Assembly (NCBI RefSeq): GCF_009914755.1
Contig: NC_060930.1
Source of the DNA: the human T2T-CHM13v2.0 reference genome, Homo sapiens
Direction: 5' to 3' (one strand)
Length of the DNA: 64,000 nt
A model generated the notes under the pieces. The model had not been told where the DNA came from. It saw nothing but the letters and a program-made list of their open reading frames with translations, and did no database searches. How positions within the stretch are numbered: the stretch's first letter is position 1; each line of letters begins with the position of its first letter. This document shows positions 41,231 through 55,315 of this stretch, in pieces. The position numbers and the translations under genes are program-made.

Positions 41231-43876
41231 GTAAGGCAGATTTAAACAGAACTGACAGAGTTTCAGAGCTGGGAAGGCTATAAAAGTTATTCATTGCAAT
41301 GGTCCAGATGTAATTACTTTTCTCTAAGATCATTAGATGAATGATCTCCCTATTTGTAGCACATTCTGCTCTGTGGGTCTCTTCAAGGCACTTACTCCGA
41401 GTAAGTGATCGCAAAGAGCAGGAGCTGGACCAGACCACATTTTACCCAGAGTTTCACAATTCCCGTTTACTTACTGACAACATGCAAGTGTGTAAGATGT
41501 GCTATTGTGCACCTGAAAACAAAGAGAAAGGCATTCAGAGATTTTGAAATAAGAAGCTATGGGTCATTTCTGTAATGAAAAAACTGAAAATATTTCTAGC
41601 ATGTTTTATATAGCAGAACATCATAATAGGCTTGGTAAATTTTAAAAATACTCAGCAACAGCTTAGGAATTGGGATAGATGCCTGACTACACATGTCAGC
41701 CTAAGTCAAGTATTAAAAACTGGCCCTCATAACATGTCACTACCACAACATTTTAGTTCTTCTGTACTCACTTTCAACAAATTACCAAAATCACAATTAA
41801 TTTACTTAAGTATGTTTTCCTAGAAAAATCCTACATCTTCTGTGTATACTTACTGAGAAAATATATTAAAAAATATAAAAAACCCACATTATTATATTGC
41901 AAGTTTTAATTTTATTTTTTAACCAGACCTTGCAGAGTTTTTATCTATTTACTCAGACTTATCTCCAGAACAGTTGTAAAGTGAATCAAATATATGTAGG
42001 GCAACTGCTCTTCAAAAAACACCAAGTGCTAACAGATCAAAGCAGTAAAGTTGTTAACTCTTCATAAACCTAGAAAATGTATCTATTGATGGAAATTCTG
42101 CAATATCCATCCAACTTCCCTAAATTGCTCTCTAATCTGTTCCTTTTATATTCAACAATAAATCAAACAATAATAACAATATGCCATAGTCATTTATCTT
42201 ATTTTCTTTGTTACTGAGTCTTAAAGAATAAGGTCAATTATTAGAAATGTAAATTATTTGTTTGTGCCTTTCAGTTCTTTTGATGTTAAATCCGAATAGA
42301 TATTCCACATAAGAAATATGCTAACTGATAATTAGAAAGTTGACATTTTAATAGGTTTATATTTAACTCCTTTATTGTTTTTGGATAAATATAGAATTGA
42401 CTATTTTTCCTATAATTATTATATGGAAAATTTTCTATTCATTTTTCTCCTCTGTACATAATAGAGAAAAGTATTTTGCTTTGAAAAACTTTTCCTAACA
42501 CATTTTGTCTTGTATTTGTTTCAGGCCTCAAATTGCACTTGAGAACAAAGAAATCACATACTTGGCACACAGGAAAGATGTGAAATGATTCCAAACATAA
42601 GAGTCTTCTTGTCAATATTCTGTCAATACACTCTATGGCTTGTTCATTACAAAGTATTGTTATTCTTGTTCCTAAGTATAGTTCTTTCTCTCTACAACTA
42701 CATGGTGACTCTGAATATTCTAGTCTATTCATGAGTAGGCCAGATTTTAGACAATTTGATGAATGCCATTTTCTTTATAAAGGAATTGGAATGTATTTTA
42801 GAACTAAGCATTAATTTTGTAAAATATGTTAAAGAAAGGAAAAATATAATAATTGTGCCTTCAGCTTGCAGGGCAATAAATTAGAACAGTGGAAAACGAA
42901 TGCAGTTGCTTGCAGGGCAAATGTGTACAGCGTCACTTATTTAAAAAGATACCTGGAGTAAAGAAAGTCCAAAAATGAACTAATGAGTCATTTAGAGTAA
43001 AACTCTTTATCTTTTCAGCTGAGCAGGAACACATTTTGTTCAGGTTACATTAAAAGAAATTGCTTATCTGGCAAAGCTATGAACAGTACCAGTTCTTTCA
43101 ACTTCTCACCGAAGACCGTCCAGGGAATACTTTTGTGCTCTGCACATTTTCATATCCAAAGTGAAATGAATTGTGTTACAGTTTACAACACATTTCCCTA
43201 AGCTGTCAAGTTTGAAGTAGTCTGCCTTTGAATAAGGCTCATCTAAAAACGTAAGCTCCTGCAGCCCTGAGGCCTTCTGGATGATGTAAGTTTAGAAATT
43301 TTAGAATCGAGTGAAATAGAAAAAAGAAACAAAGCAAAGAACACTTCCTAGTGAGAGTGCTATTGCATGGCTAAACCAGGGAAGAAAAATCTGATGCTTG
43401 GTTTGCTTGTTTATCCTGATTCCTATCTTTTTGGTATATCTGCATGATTCCATAAATACCTAAAGGAAATATTTTCTAATTTGTATCCCAGGAAGTGAAA
43501 AATAATGTATCTTTGTAAACTGTGACCATAATGTGGGATCTCGTGGATAGAAGACCTACCTGGATTGTTGGAGGCCTCTAGCCTTACAACATCTGGAAAA
43601 AACAATTTTAAGGGCTGAATGTCCTTTTCCCTCATTGATAAAGTTGGCTGAGTCATAATTGTAATGGTAGGCTGGGCGCCACCTGTTTGCTCATCTGCTT
43701 CAAAGTACCAAGGTGGCAGTGCCAGCTTTGGATTGCAGGATATCTTAGAGGTTTTATGATCAATAAACTCAGAGAAAAAGCTGGGGTGCATACATAATAA
43801 TTTTGAACTTTTTCTTTAATAAGGAATATAGACTGGAAGAAACTTTCTGACCAGTTTCTCTGATGCTCTCCTGGCC

Positions 43877-44210
43877 TTTTTAATTTTTTTCTTTTTTCCT
43901 TTTTTTTTTGAGACAGAGTCTTACTCTGTCACCCAGGCTGGAGCACAGTGGCATGATCTCAGCTCATTGCAACCTCCACTTCCCAGGTTCAAGTGATTCT
44001 CATGCCTCAGCTTCCTGAGTAGCTGGGATTACAGATGCCTGCCACCACACCCAGCTAATTTTTTGTATTTTTAGTAGAGATGGGGTTTTGCTATGTTGGC
44101 CACAGTGGTCTTGAACTCCTGACCTAAGGTGATCCACCCATATCAGGTGATCCACCCACCACAGCCTCCCAAAGCACTGGGATTACAGGCATGAGCCACT
44201 GTGCCCAGCC
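43877..44210 (-). mobile_element. AluS (Sx/Sz-like) with internal duplication
   Basis: Reverse Alu; aggtgatccaccca occurs twice; imperfect TSD tgatgctctcctgg (43861) / tgatgatttcctgg (44211). Confidence 0.94.
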
Positions 44211-44854
44211 TGATGATTTCCTGGACTTTTTTTTATTGCAACTAAAATATCTATGTAGGAGATATTTTTTCTCTTAACAGTTTCTAAAACGTTCACTCAG
44301 AGAGACAGCCTTTGGCTTATTTCCAGTCTGAATTGGTACAAGAGATTCTGGAGAGGGGCAGGAATATAAAGAGTGTGGTCTATAGGAATATTTTAAGGCA
44401 ACATTGTATTAATTAAATTTGGGCAAAAAAGCATTCCTAGAAATTACAAGTATGCAAAAGGCTGTTTTATAAGGGTAAACATAAATATTATTGTCTAAAG
44501 TGAGACTCATGTGAAAAGAGACACTGATACATAGATATATAATTTATTTCTTCACACAATGATTCTATTATATACGGGGTATTAACAAAATATTTCCATT
44601 TAAATATAATTTTAAGAATAAATTTTTTTCATAAAAATCAAAATATATTCATATGCATCAAAGGAAAAATAATTCCTTATATTTATTATTTAAATGTTAA
44701 ATAATATACAGACTTTGTATCAGAGTTAGGTCTATTAATCAGATTCTTAACAATATCCTTTCACTAGCATTTTTATAATAAAGGTAGTTTTTAAAAATAT
44801 ACTTTTGAATGTACAATATTTTAAATCATTAATGGAAATTATTCTTCTAATTAA

Positions 44855-45082
44855 TGTATTTATTTTAATTGACAAAAAAGTATATATGGTTATGTACAGC
44901 ATGATGTTTTGAAATGTGTACATTCTGAAATGTCTTAATTGAAATAATTAGCACACACATTACCTCACATACTGATTTTTTGTGGTGAGAACACATAGTC
45001 TATTCTCAGAGATTTTCAAGAATACAATGCATTGTTAATAACAACAGTCAGCATGTGTACAATAGATCTCTTGAATTTATTA
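44855..45082 (-). mobile_element. L1MA (7-9 like) 3' end
   Basis: ttttaattgac...gtacagcatgatgttttga...cattacctcacatact...gtacaatagatctcttgaa. Confidence 0.85.
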
Positions 45083-46524
45083 AATTATTTTCAAAATTTC
45101 CAGTCTATGCTTTAAGTATTTGAAATAGTTAAAACCCTTATTTAGCTTTTTTCTTCAACTATGATATTTATTTTTAATTGAGAAAATGCTTTATCTACAA
45201 GTGCAGAGGTACTTAATAAGTACACAGAAATATCTAAGTGGAAAATATTCTCAATTCTATGTTTTCTCACTGAAATGTGCCAATATTTCAACTCAGGTAT
45301 TTTTATAGATACCATTTTCTCCTATCTACGTGTGGCATTTATTTATGAAAATACTTTTATAACCGAAACTTGTTAAATTAGTTGCTCCTATTGAAGTTTT
45401 TTGCAATTATTTGCTTCATTTAGATGCTGCAAAATTATAGACCAATTAATTTTATTCCATTGAAGTTGAAATTGAAAATTTATATAAACAAAACTATGAA
45501 CTCAATCAAATATTATTACTAACTTCAAGAAATGCCCAAGTACAAGTAACAAAATTAAATATTAAATTTTGTTTTTGTATACCACTTGAGCTCCCACTAC
45601 TTATTATTTTTCTGTTCTTTCTTTTGAAATAAAAATAAACTTAAAAATTCTCCTTTTTGCAATTTTTGTTGCCAAAAATTATAGAGGCATTCTAAGAAAT
45701 GTTTTCAAGTGAAAACTTTCAACACTTTCGAAGTAATTTTAAGATATACCATTACAATAGATGCAAAGCAAGTGCATAACGCTCAGTGACTTACAAGGTA
45801 ATTATTAAAAGCCTCAAGCCTTTCTAGAATCTGATTAATAATGGAGATCAAAGAACATGTATACTGTTTTGTTGAATATTTTTTTCACATTCAGTATCAG
45901 CTTCATCACACAATTTTGTAACTTAATTACTCTATTTATATCTACATAAACATTTGTCAATTACTCTATCAAATTACAGCTTTTTTATTGAACAGTGCAG
46001 CTTCTTTGGAGACATTATTTGTGATGTATGAATGTTTCCAAGTATATTTTGTTTCCAAACTTTTTTAATTTGGTGAGAATATTATTTTTACCATGATTAT
46101 GTTCTATCAAAATGCATATGTTGTGATGATCATTGCAAAAAAAAAAATAAACTTTAATGGTTAATTTTTAAACCGAATTTATACTACTAGTCACAATAAC
46201 ATAAGACCTTTTACCTTTAAATTATTTTAATTTCATTAGTTGACTGAAAAATCTGACCTCTTCTTAAAATTAACTTAACTGATTAATTTAGCTGATTTGG
46301 ATTTTTTAACTCTGCAAAATTCACCTCAAATTCAAAATGGAATTATTGTAGTAAGAGTTATAACTTCATTTTACATATTTGCAAAAAAAGAATAAAAAAT
46401 GAATAATGTTAAATTAGAAAAAAATAATTTAATATAAATGAAAAGTCATGCTTATGGAATGATGTGTAAATACACTTTTTGAAGCTCAGGAAGTAAATTG
46501 CCAGCTTTGAAAAAGCCTTCTTAA

Positions 46525-46846
<322 letters not shown>

Positions 46847-47032
46847 AATAACCACTAACTTTTCAAGAGAATGATATTACACAATCCTTTCTTCTAGTTC
46901 TTACATAGTCAATGATATCATTGTGGTCTCCTTGGCTGGGTGATAATTGTCAACATTCTGTGCGAGTTACATTTTCATTAATATTATTTTAATTTATATA
47001 TATTTAAGATATACAACATGATATTTGATGTA

Positions 47033-48348
47033 CATGGAGGAGCTTCAAAAAGTTCATAGAAAAAATCAAATTAATAGATAAAACCAAAACATATACAATT
47101 CATTTCTCAACATATGCTGTATCAACTTCAAGCCATTTTTGTAAGCAATAAGACCAGTCATTTAGTCCATTTCTATAGAACTGAAGTTTCTAGGAATTTA
47201 ACCAGATCTGTGTGGTTGGTTGGTTGGTTGGTTGGTTGGTTTGTTTTAATTAACTGAAGGAAATGAGTGCCCTTTACAGATTTTTTTTTTAAGATTAGGA
47301 AACAAAAGAGCCAAACCGAAGCTGTAAGGTGGATGCCTTATGATTTCTCATTGGAACTCCTGCAAAATTGCCCTCGTATGGTAAGAGAAATGAGCAAGAG
47401 CCTTGTGGTGGTGAAGAAGGATTCTCTGGTGAAGCTTTCCAGTAATTTTTTCTACTCAAGCTTTGGCTAACTTTCTCAGAACACTCTCATAATGAGCAGA
47501 TGTTACTGTTCTTTGGCCCTCCTTACAGTCAACAAGCATAATGCCTTGAGCACCCCCCAAAAAAAACTGTTGCTATGACCTTTGCTCTTGACTGGTCTGC
47601 TTTTGCTTTAACTGGACTGCTTTCGCTGCTTCTGGCCGCTCTCAGTAGCCATTGCTTGGATTGTGTCTTGTCTTCAGAATCATATCTATAAAGTCATGTT
47701 ACAATTATTCGAAGAAATGCTTTAGGATCTTGACCTCACTTGTTTAAAATTTCCATTGAAAGCTCTGTTTTTATTTGCAGCTGATCTAGTTGCAACAGTT
47801 TTGGCACACATTGAGTGGAAACTTTGCTCAACTTAGATTTTTCAGTAAGAATTGTGTAAGCTGAACCAAAGAGATGTCATTGGTGCTGGCTATTGTTTGT
47901 GCTATTAATCATTGGTCCTCCTCAATTAGGGCACAAATAAGATTTTTTTTTTCTTACAAATCAGTGTGGGTGGTCTGCCACTGCAGACTTCGTCTTCAGC
48001 AACATCTCATTCCTTCTTAAAACAAGTTATTCATTTGTAAACTGCTGATTTCTTTGGGACATTGTCCCCATAAACTTTTCATTAAACATCAATGTTTTCA
48101 CTGTTCTTCCACCCAAGCTTCATCATAAATTTGATGCTTATTCTTGCTTCAATTTTAGCAGAATTCATGTTGCTCTGTTAGTGACACTTTTCAAACTGAT
48201 GTCTTATTTTTCTTAGTGCCTCAATTAGAGCCTCTTCAGATATGGTATAACAAGTTAGCATCAGTTTATTTTGGTGCTGCAAAAGAAATGAAATTAATGC
48301 ATACTTTTTCATGATATGCATTTTCTATGAACTTTTAAAGATCTATGA
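47033..48348 (-). mobile_element. Hsmar2 mariner transposon, full-length, inactive
   Basis: TIRs cttcaaaaagttcatagaaaa / ttttctatgaacttttaaag flanked by TA; minus-strand ATG at 48168 gives MNSAKIEARISIKFMMKLGWKN; HPPYS motif at 47335-47321; stops and deletions. Confidence 0.92.
47212..47241. repeat. (TGGT)n microsatellite inside Hsmar2
   Basis: Directly visible. Confidence 0.9.
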
Positions 48349-48474
48349 TACACAATGAAATGATATCTATAATCAGGCAAATTAATATATCCGTCACTTA
48401 ACACAGTTCACTTTGTGTTTGTGTGGTAAGAGCACCTAAAGTCTAACCTTTCTTTACATTTTCAATATAGAATA

Positions 48475-48543
48475 TGGGGGTCGGTGCAAAAGTAATTGCA
48501 GTTTTTGCCATTAAAAGTGCAAATTACCTTTGCACCAACTTAA
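48475..48543. mobile_element. MADE1 (Hsmar1-derived MITE)
   Basis: ggtcggtgcaaaagtaattgcagtttttgccatt...aattacctttgcaccaacttaa palindromic TIR pair, TA flanks. Confidence 0.88.
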
Positions 48544-50324
48544 TATTAACTATAGTTCTCATGCCTGCACAGTAGATCTCTAGGCTTATTCATCCTACAT
48601 AACTGCAACTTTATACTTTTTGACCTACATTTCCCCATTTGCCCCCGCTCCATACCCCTGGTAATGACTATTCTGCAGTCTGTTTCTACGTATTTGACTT
48701 TTTAGAAAGTTCCACATATAGGTAAGATCATGAAATATTTTTCTCTCTGTGGCTTCTTATTTCACTTAACATTATGCCCCCCAGGTTTATCCATGTTGTC
48801 CCAAATGGCATATTCTCCTTTTTTTTTAAGGTTGAATATTTCATTGTATACCATGATTTCCTTACCCATTCAATTATTAACAGACACCTAGGTTATTTCC
48901 ATATCTTGATTATTGTTGAATAATGTTGCAATAAACATGGGAACATGTTGAATAATGTTGCAATAAATATATTGAATAATGTTGCAATAAACATGGTAAC
49001 ATGGAAACTCTACAAGGTGATAATTTTATTTCTTTTGGGTATATATTCCAAATAAGGATTGCTGGGTAACATGGTAGTTCTATTTTTAATTTTTTGAGAA
49101 TCATCCGTACTGCTTTCCATAATGGCTATGCCAATTTATATCCCCCCAACAGTGGATAATGATTGCCTTTTCTCCATATCCTTACCGACACTTATCTCTT
49201 GTCTTTTTGATGACAATCATCCTAATTGGCTATATGGTGATAGTTCATTGTGTTTTTGATTTGCTTTCCACGATGATTAGCAACTATTTAATATAGCTGA
49301 TGGCCACTTGTGTGTCTTCTTTGGAAAAATGTCTATTCAAGTCTTTTTCCCATAATAATTTAGTTGTTATTTATTTATGTTATTGAATTGTATGAGTTTT
49401 GTATATATTTTGGAAATTAACTTCTTATCAAATATTTGGTTTGTAAATATTTTTTTCCCAATCAATAAGTTGCTTTTTCATGTTGTTGATTGTTTCATTT
49501 GCTGTGTAGAAGCTTTTTAGTTTAATATAGTCCTACTTGTTTATTTTGCTTTTATTTGTATATTTTTATAATATTCTTGATTAATAGAAATTCAGTTAAT
49601 CAATAAATTCAGTATTTTTTTTTGTTAACACAAGGTTTCAGTTTTTAGTTTGCTAATGTAAAACCTGTTTTAACAGAATAAAAAGCATTACCAAACAATC
49701 AAATGAATACATTATTTTGGTTTTACTACTTTTTACCTTGCTATAAATTTCAAAATCCCAGTTGTTGCCTTGCAATAAATTGCAAAACCCCAGTAGTCAG
49801 GTATTCAGACCATGCCTTTTTCTAAGGCAGGGATGCTCATCCTGTCGCTTGAATTCGTTTCACTTAGACCTAATCTATTATTTTCCATCATTTTTCATTC
49901 TTTCAAAAGACTGGAAGCCTGGGAATCAGGGACCTAACAGATTTCCACTATAAGAAAGGCACTACTGCTTGTTACACCAAGCAGCCCCCGACACAGTCTA
50001 GACTACTTCTCTCACCACCAAAGAAGATTAGAAATAGCTGGTTATCTCACCCCAGTCCTGTTCAAGAACACTTTATTCTACCTGTGTGTCCTCTGAATTT
50101 TGCCCTTTAAAGTAAGATGTTAATTAAAATCTGTCTAGAAAGGGTCAAAAAAAGACAGGTGACCTCTTGTTGTCTTTCAGGTTTTGCCACATGTTCAAGT
50201 ATGAAAGTTGTTCATTGCACGTGCATCTCAATAATACTAGAAAGGAAACTTGTACAAACTAGCAGAAAAAATATAGGGAGTTAGGCCAAGCATAGCCAGG
50301 CTTATTTTAATGCAACCATTAATT

Positions 50325-50474
50325 AATTTATTTTTTAATCATTTTTACTTTATTTGTAGAGACTGAGTTTTGCCATGTGGTCCAGGCTCGTCTCAAACTC
50401 CTGGGCTTAAGTGATCCCCCCACCTTGGCCTCCTAAAGTGCTAGAATTATAGGTATAAGCCACCATGCCCAGCC
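50325..50474 (-). mobile_element. Alu left monomer (FLAM_C / AluJ fragment)
   Basis: tgtagagactgagttttgccatg...ctcctgggcttaagtgatcc...ccaccatgcccagcc, single arm only. Confidence 0.85.
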
Positions 50475-52027
50475 ACACTATTAATAATAATACATTAAAA
50501 TATAAAATTCTGGCACAAAACCTAAAGTGGATGTGGTTCTTGGCCAACAGGCCAAACTCAGATATATACAACACTAACTATAGGATAAAATGATAATGGA
50601 CATTTTAGTTTAAAAAGAAAAAAAATGTACAAATGCACAATTGTGGGTTCAGGTGACTAGAACTATGTAAATAACCAAGTTAAAAGAATGGTAATTTATT
50701 TTTTAAACAAGACTATCAATGAAAACCCTTTAGTTAAGGTCATTGTTACCTCAGGAGCTCCGAAGATCTCAGTTGCTGTCTAAGCCCCATAAATTATCCC
50801 CCTCTCAAGGAGGCAGAACTATTTGACCAAGACATTTGCTGAGTTTGCATAGATCTTCTTGCAGATTCAGTTTTAAACCTCAGTAACTTTTATATCTTCA
50901 ATCATAGAGCATGGCCACACTCTTTTTTTTTTTTAAAGCAAAATGAACATGTAAATATGTACAGACATAGCTTTAGGCTCAAAGTCTTTATAAAGAAATA
51001 TAGACATAAGTTAATGAAATAGCATGAAGTAGAAGCAATTTATGGCATGAAATAAAGTCAGGATTGTGTACAGCTGGAGAAATGTGAAGTGGGTAGAAGT
51101 CAGAATTTCTGAAAAGAGGCAGAGTAAAAGAGTCTGGGGAAAGAGCATCTGGCATTGGAAGGTAAATCACTATCCACCATCATACAATAAATGCAATCAA
51201 ATGAGAAATGTTATTTTTATTTGATTTAACGAGGATATTTGTGCTGCACTCCATGGGTGCAATGATGTGAGGAGAATACAGAAGATTCACTCAGTAGTAA
51301 CAATTTCAGCTCTGCATAGACAGATGTGCCCCAGCCTGTTTATCACTGTGACTTTCTTCAGCTATTTTGGAAAATAATTTACACTGGTCTGTGGAATGAT
51401 TAGCCTGCCAAAGATAACTTATATTAAAGGAGGCTTTTTTCCCTGCTTTGATAGAGAAAATGCACAAGTATTAAATATAAATGTGGCGTTCAGATGTGTA
51501 GCCAAATTCTGTTATCTGAGGAGAGTGGTATGGAGGATTAGGTGTGGCGAGTCTGGGGTGAAGCCCTCCCATTTATTGGTGAGTTAACAGGAGGGGGAGC
51601 ACGCCATGTTCACTTTCTCTATTTGTCATACTTGTCTCACAGTCTTGCTTCACACTGTGACCACTAATGTCTTCCAGTAACAGTGCTAATAACTGTAATG
51701 TCAACATATCCTCTTTAAGGATGATGAAGTGGCTATGAATATGAAGAAAGTATTCAGAGAAAGCAATTGCATCAGCTGCTCCCTGCTCACCTACCCTTCT
51801 GGTTGTGTTCAGCACATTAAGGGAAAGACAGAGACAGTGATAGTCAGGAATGCTTCTTATGTCCATCATGCCTGACCTTATTATTTTTGAATATGTAGAT
51901 GGAAAATTATGCTTGAGCTGAAAATTATCCCTCAGGTCTATTACTGCTGAATGGAAAATATTTCTCACTGCCTTTATTTCACAGATGAGCCATCTGAAAT
52001 TTTTTAGCATGAATAGCAAGGAGTCCA

Positions 52028-52090
52028 CTTAGATAGATACTTAAACACATGGTAGCTAGCTAGCTAGATAGACAGACAGACAGATGGATG
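52028..52090. repeat. Compound (TAGA)/(TAGC)/(CAGA)n tetranucleotide repeat
   Basis: Directly visible. Confidence 0.75.
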
Positions 52091-52770
52091 ACACATGTAT
52101 GTAGGTGCAGGGATTTTATTTTTTAAGTATATCATGGCTGCTCCAGTTTGTGTTCTTGTGTACCAGATAGACAAATATCCTAGAAAATGCTTTATACAAA
52201 ACACTTAATAGGTTCCTATAGTGTGAAAGTTGTAAAGTAAGATGACTTTTCTAGATTTATTAAGCCGATTTGTTAAAGCTGGGTTTAGCTTTTTGTGGCT
52301 TAAAGCATGCTTAGGAGCAGAGGCTGTTAAACAATATTTCCATTTCAGTGCATGGTAACATTCTCCATCCAGCCATGCAGGTGAGACCTCAGGACCTCAG
52401 GAGGACTTCTCCATCATCGCCAAATCAAGTTTATTTATAAATTATCTATTGGTCTTCCTATGCCCCTCACATTGTCACTGGAAACTTGGAATCTCTCTTG
52501 CTTTAACATAGAGCAATTTATTCTCTACTTCATTCATAGCCTCAAAAGTTCATAGTTCAAAAATTCACTAAGAACTTCTGATAAATAAAATCCCTACCTA
52601 CTATGAAATGTATCTGTTAGAAAATCAGAAGAAAACTATCAGAAACATGTTTTATAAAAATGTATTTGACTGTTTTACTGCCTTTGTCAATAGAAAGAAG
52701 TAGCATCAAGATTTAATTTTATCCTATTTTAAATTATGTAACCATACCTTATTAAATTTTATTTCAATAG

Positions 52771-53105
<335 letters not shown>

Positions 53106-54261
53106 CATATTCATTCTTGAAAAATCTCATGCATACATATATGTTACATTTTCTCAAACCAAACAAGAACTTATTACTCTTTGTCAGCATGATTCGTGAA
53201 TACTGTTTTTTAAGAAATGAGATTTCTCTTTTTATACATGCATGACAGATTTCAAGCATATCTAACATGAAAAGAACTAATAACTTTAATATGTGTAATT
53301 TATAATTGTTATACTTCCATTAATGTGATCTGGTATTCCTATCAAAAATCAAATGAGATGATTGCTCGTGATACAGATAAGATTCTATATGTACTGCATA
53401 AATCATAAGGAGTGCAAATAAAGGGATGGTGAGTTTAGTGTGAAAAGAAATAAAGAAAAAATAGGGAAGATCGACCAGATAAATGACTATTTGTTACTTT
53501 TATTCTTCAAGAAAACCTGCTCAATGAATAAGAATTTGAAGCTTATAAGATTTATGAAAAAGAAAGATGAATAGGGAAAGAAAACCATTCCAATATGAAT
53601 TGTAGCTTAGGGAAAGCCTCAGAGATGCCAGTAAGATGAACAGTTGTAATGCTATAGAGCAGCATTGTTTTGGAAGAGACGAGCACAACTTAGCTGTAGC
53701 ATGACTTAATATGATGTGTTTTGATGAGAAAGTTTGAAGGAAAATATGAAATCTATTGCCTTGAGATTCCTATCATTTTATCAGATAATAAGATGTATAT
53801 AGAGGAAAAATTAGTTAAAAAAGCTAAAGATTAAGGAAAAAACGATAGGTAAATATTTTATGACTAACCTCATGCATCATCAATTACTCCAATGTTTATG
53901 GCTTCATTGCATTTTTCTGTTCAATGAATAGAAATTCACAAGTGGATTTTCCAGTTTATTCCTTAACTAGATCAAAAGCTCACAAAGAGTAGGAACTGTG
54001 TTTTTTGAAAAAGTGTTTACAAAGTAGCTCATAAAAATATGTGCAATTAATACTAAATTAATGATTTTCAGTAAAACATTGGACAAAGCTTGAAAAATTA
54101 TTTTAAGATTTAATTTCCATATTTAAAATTGTATTTGAAAAATATAGCTCATCATATCTGGATAGGGCCAGATAATATACAAAGGCCTCCACAAAACAGA
54201 TCAAACACAAAACAAAACTAACTGGATACCAAAGGAGAGAATTAACACCACACACAAACCT

Positions 54262-54286
54262 CCACCACCACCACCACCACCACCAC
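54262..54286. repeat. (CCA)n trinucleotide repeat
   Basis: Directly visible. Confidence 0.9.
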
Positions 54287-54317
54287 ATGCATTGTTACCA
54301 TTAAGAAGCCAGCAAAG

Positions 54318-54612
54318 GGCCGGGTGTGGTGGCTCATGCCTGTAATCCCAGCACTTTGGGAGGCTGAGGTGGGCAGATCACGAGGTCAGGAGATCGAGAC
54401 CATCCTGGCTAACACGGTGAAACCCCGTCTCTACTAAAAATACAAAAAATTAGCCGGGCATGGTGGCGGGCGCCTGTAGTCCCAGCTACTCCGGAGGCTA
54501 AGGCAGGAGAATGGCTGAACCTGGGAGGCGGGCCTTGCAGTGAGCCAAGATCGCACCACTGCACTCCAGCCTGGGCGACAGAGTGAGACACTGTCTCAGA
54601 AAGAAAAAAAAA
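54318..54612 (+). mobile_element. AluY
   Basis: gatcacgaggtcaggagatcgagaccatcctggctaacacgg; TSD aagccagcaaa at 54306-54316 and 54613-54623. Confidence 0.94.
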
Positions 54613-55004
54613 AAGCCAGCAAAAAGAAACAATAATACCAAATCAACTTGGAATCACTAACCAAATATTTCTGATGACAGCAAAACCTATACATTAAGAA
54701 CATTTCTTTCAGATGTCCTTGGGTCTGCATATCTGTGACATAGTACAACCCCATATTCACATAGTTATCACTTCCTTTTACAGTTTAATCTGCTCAGATC
54801 TGTTATGATGTTTCAGTTAGTTCAACCACAAATTAATTAACTATCAATCGAGAATCCTTAACCAAAGGAGAAAAAAATCATCATTAGGTTATCATTTAAA
54901 TATCCTAGTTTAAAAATAGTCCTCAGTATTCAAGGAAATTATCAGTACTATATTTTTAACCTTAATCTAAAATTGAGAACAAAATTAAAAATATATATAT
55001 ATTA

Positions 55005-55315
<311 letters not shown>

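Larger units (their letters stand above)
46980..49560 (-). mobile_element. L1MA (8/9-like) 3' fragment hosting Hsmar2 and MADE1
   Basis: atatacaacatgat...[Hsmar2]...aattaatatatccgtcac; antisense L1 3'UTR/ORF2 motifs continue to ~49560. Confidence 0.85.

Noticed and set aside
43423-43791. 122-aa minus-strand ORF
   Set aside because: No recognisable domain, no supporting splice or promoter structure; length attainable by chance
54103-54288. Poly-Trp ORF
   Set aside because: Translation of the (CCA)n microsatellite
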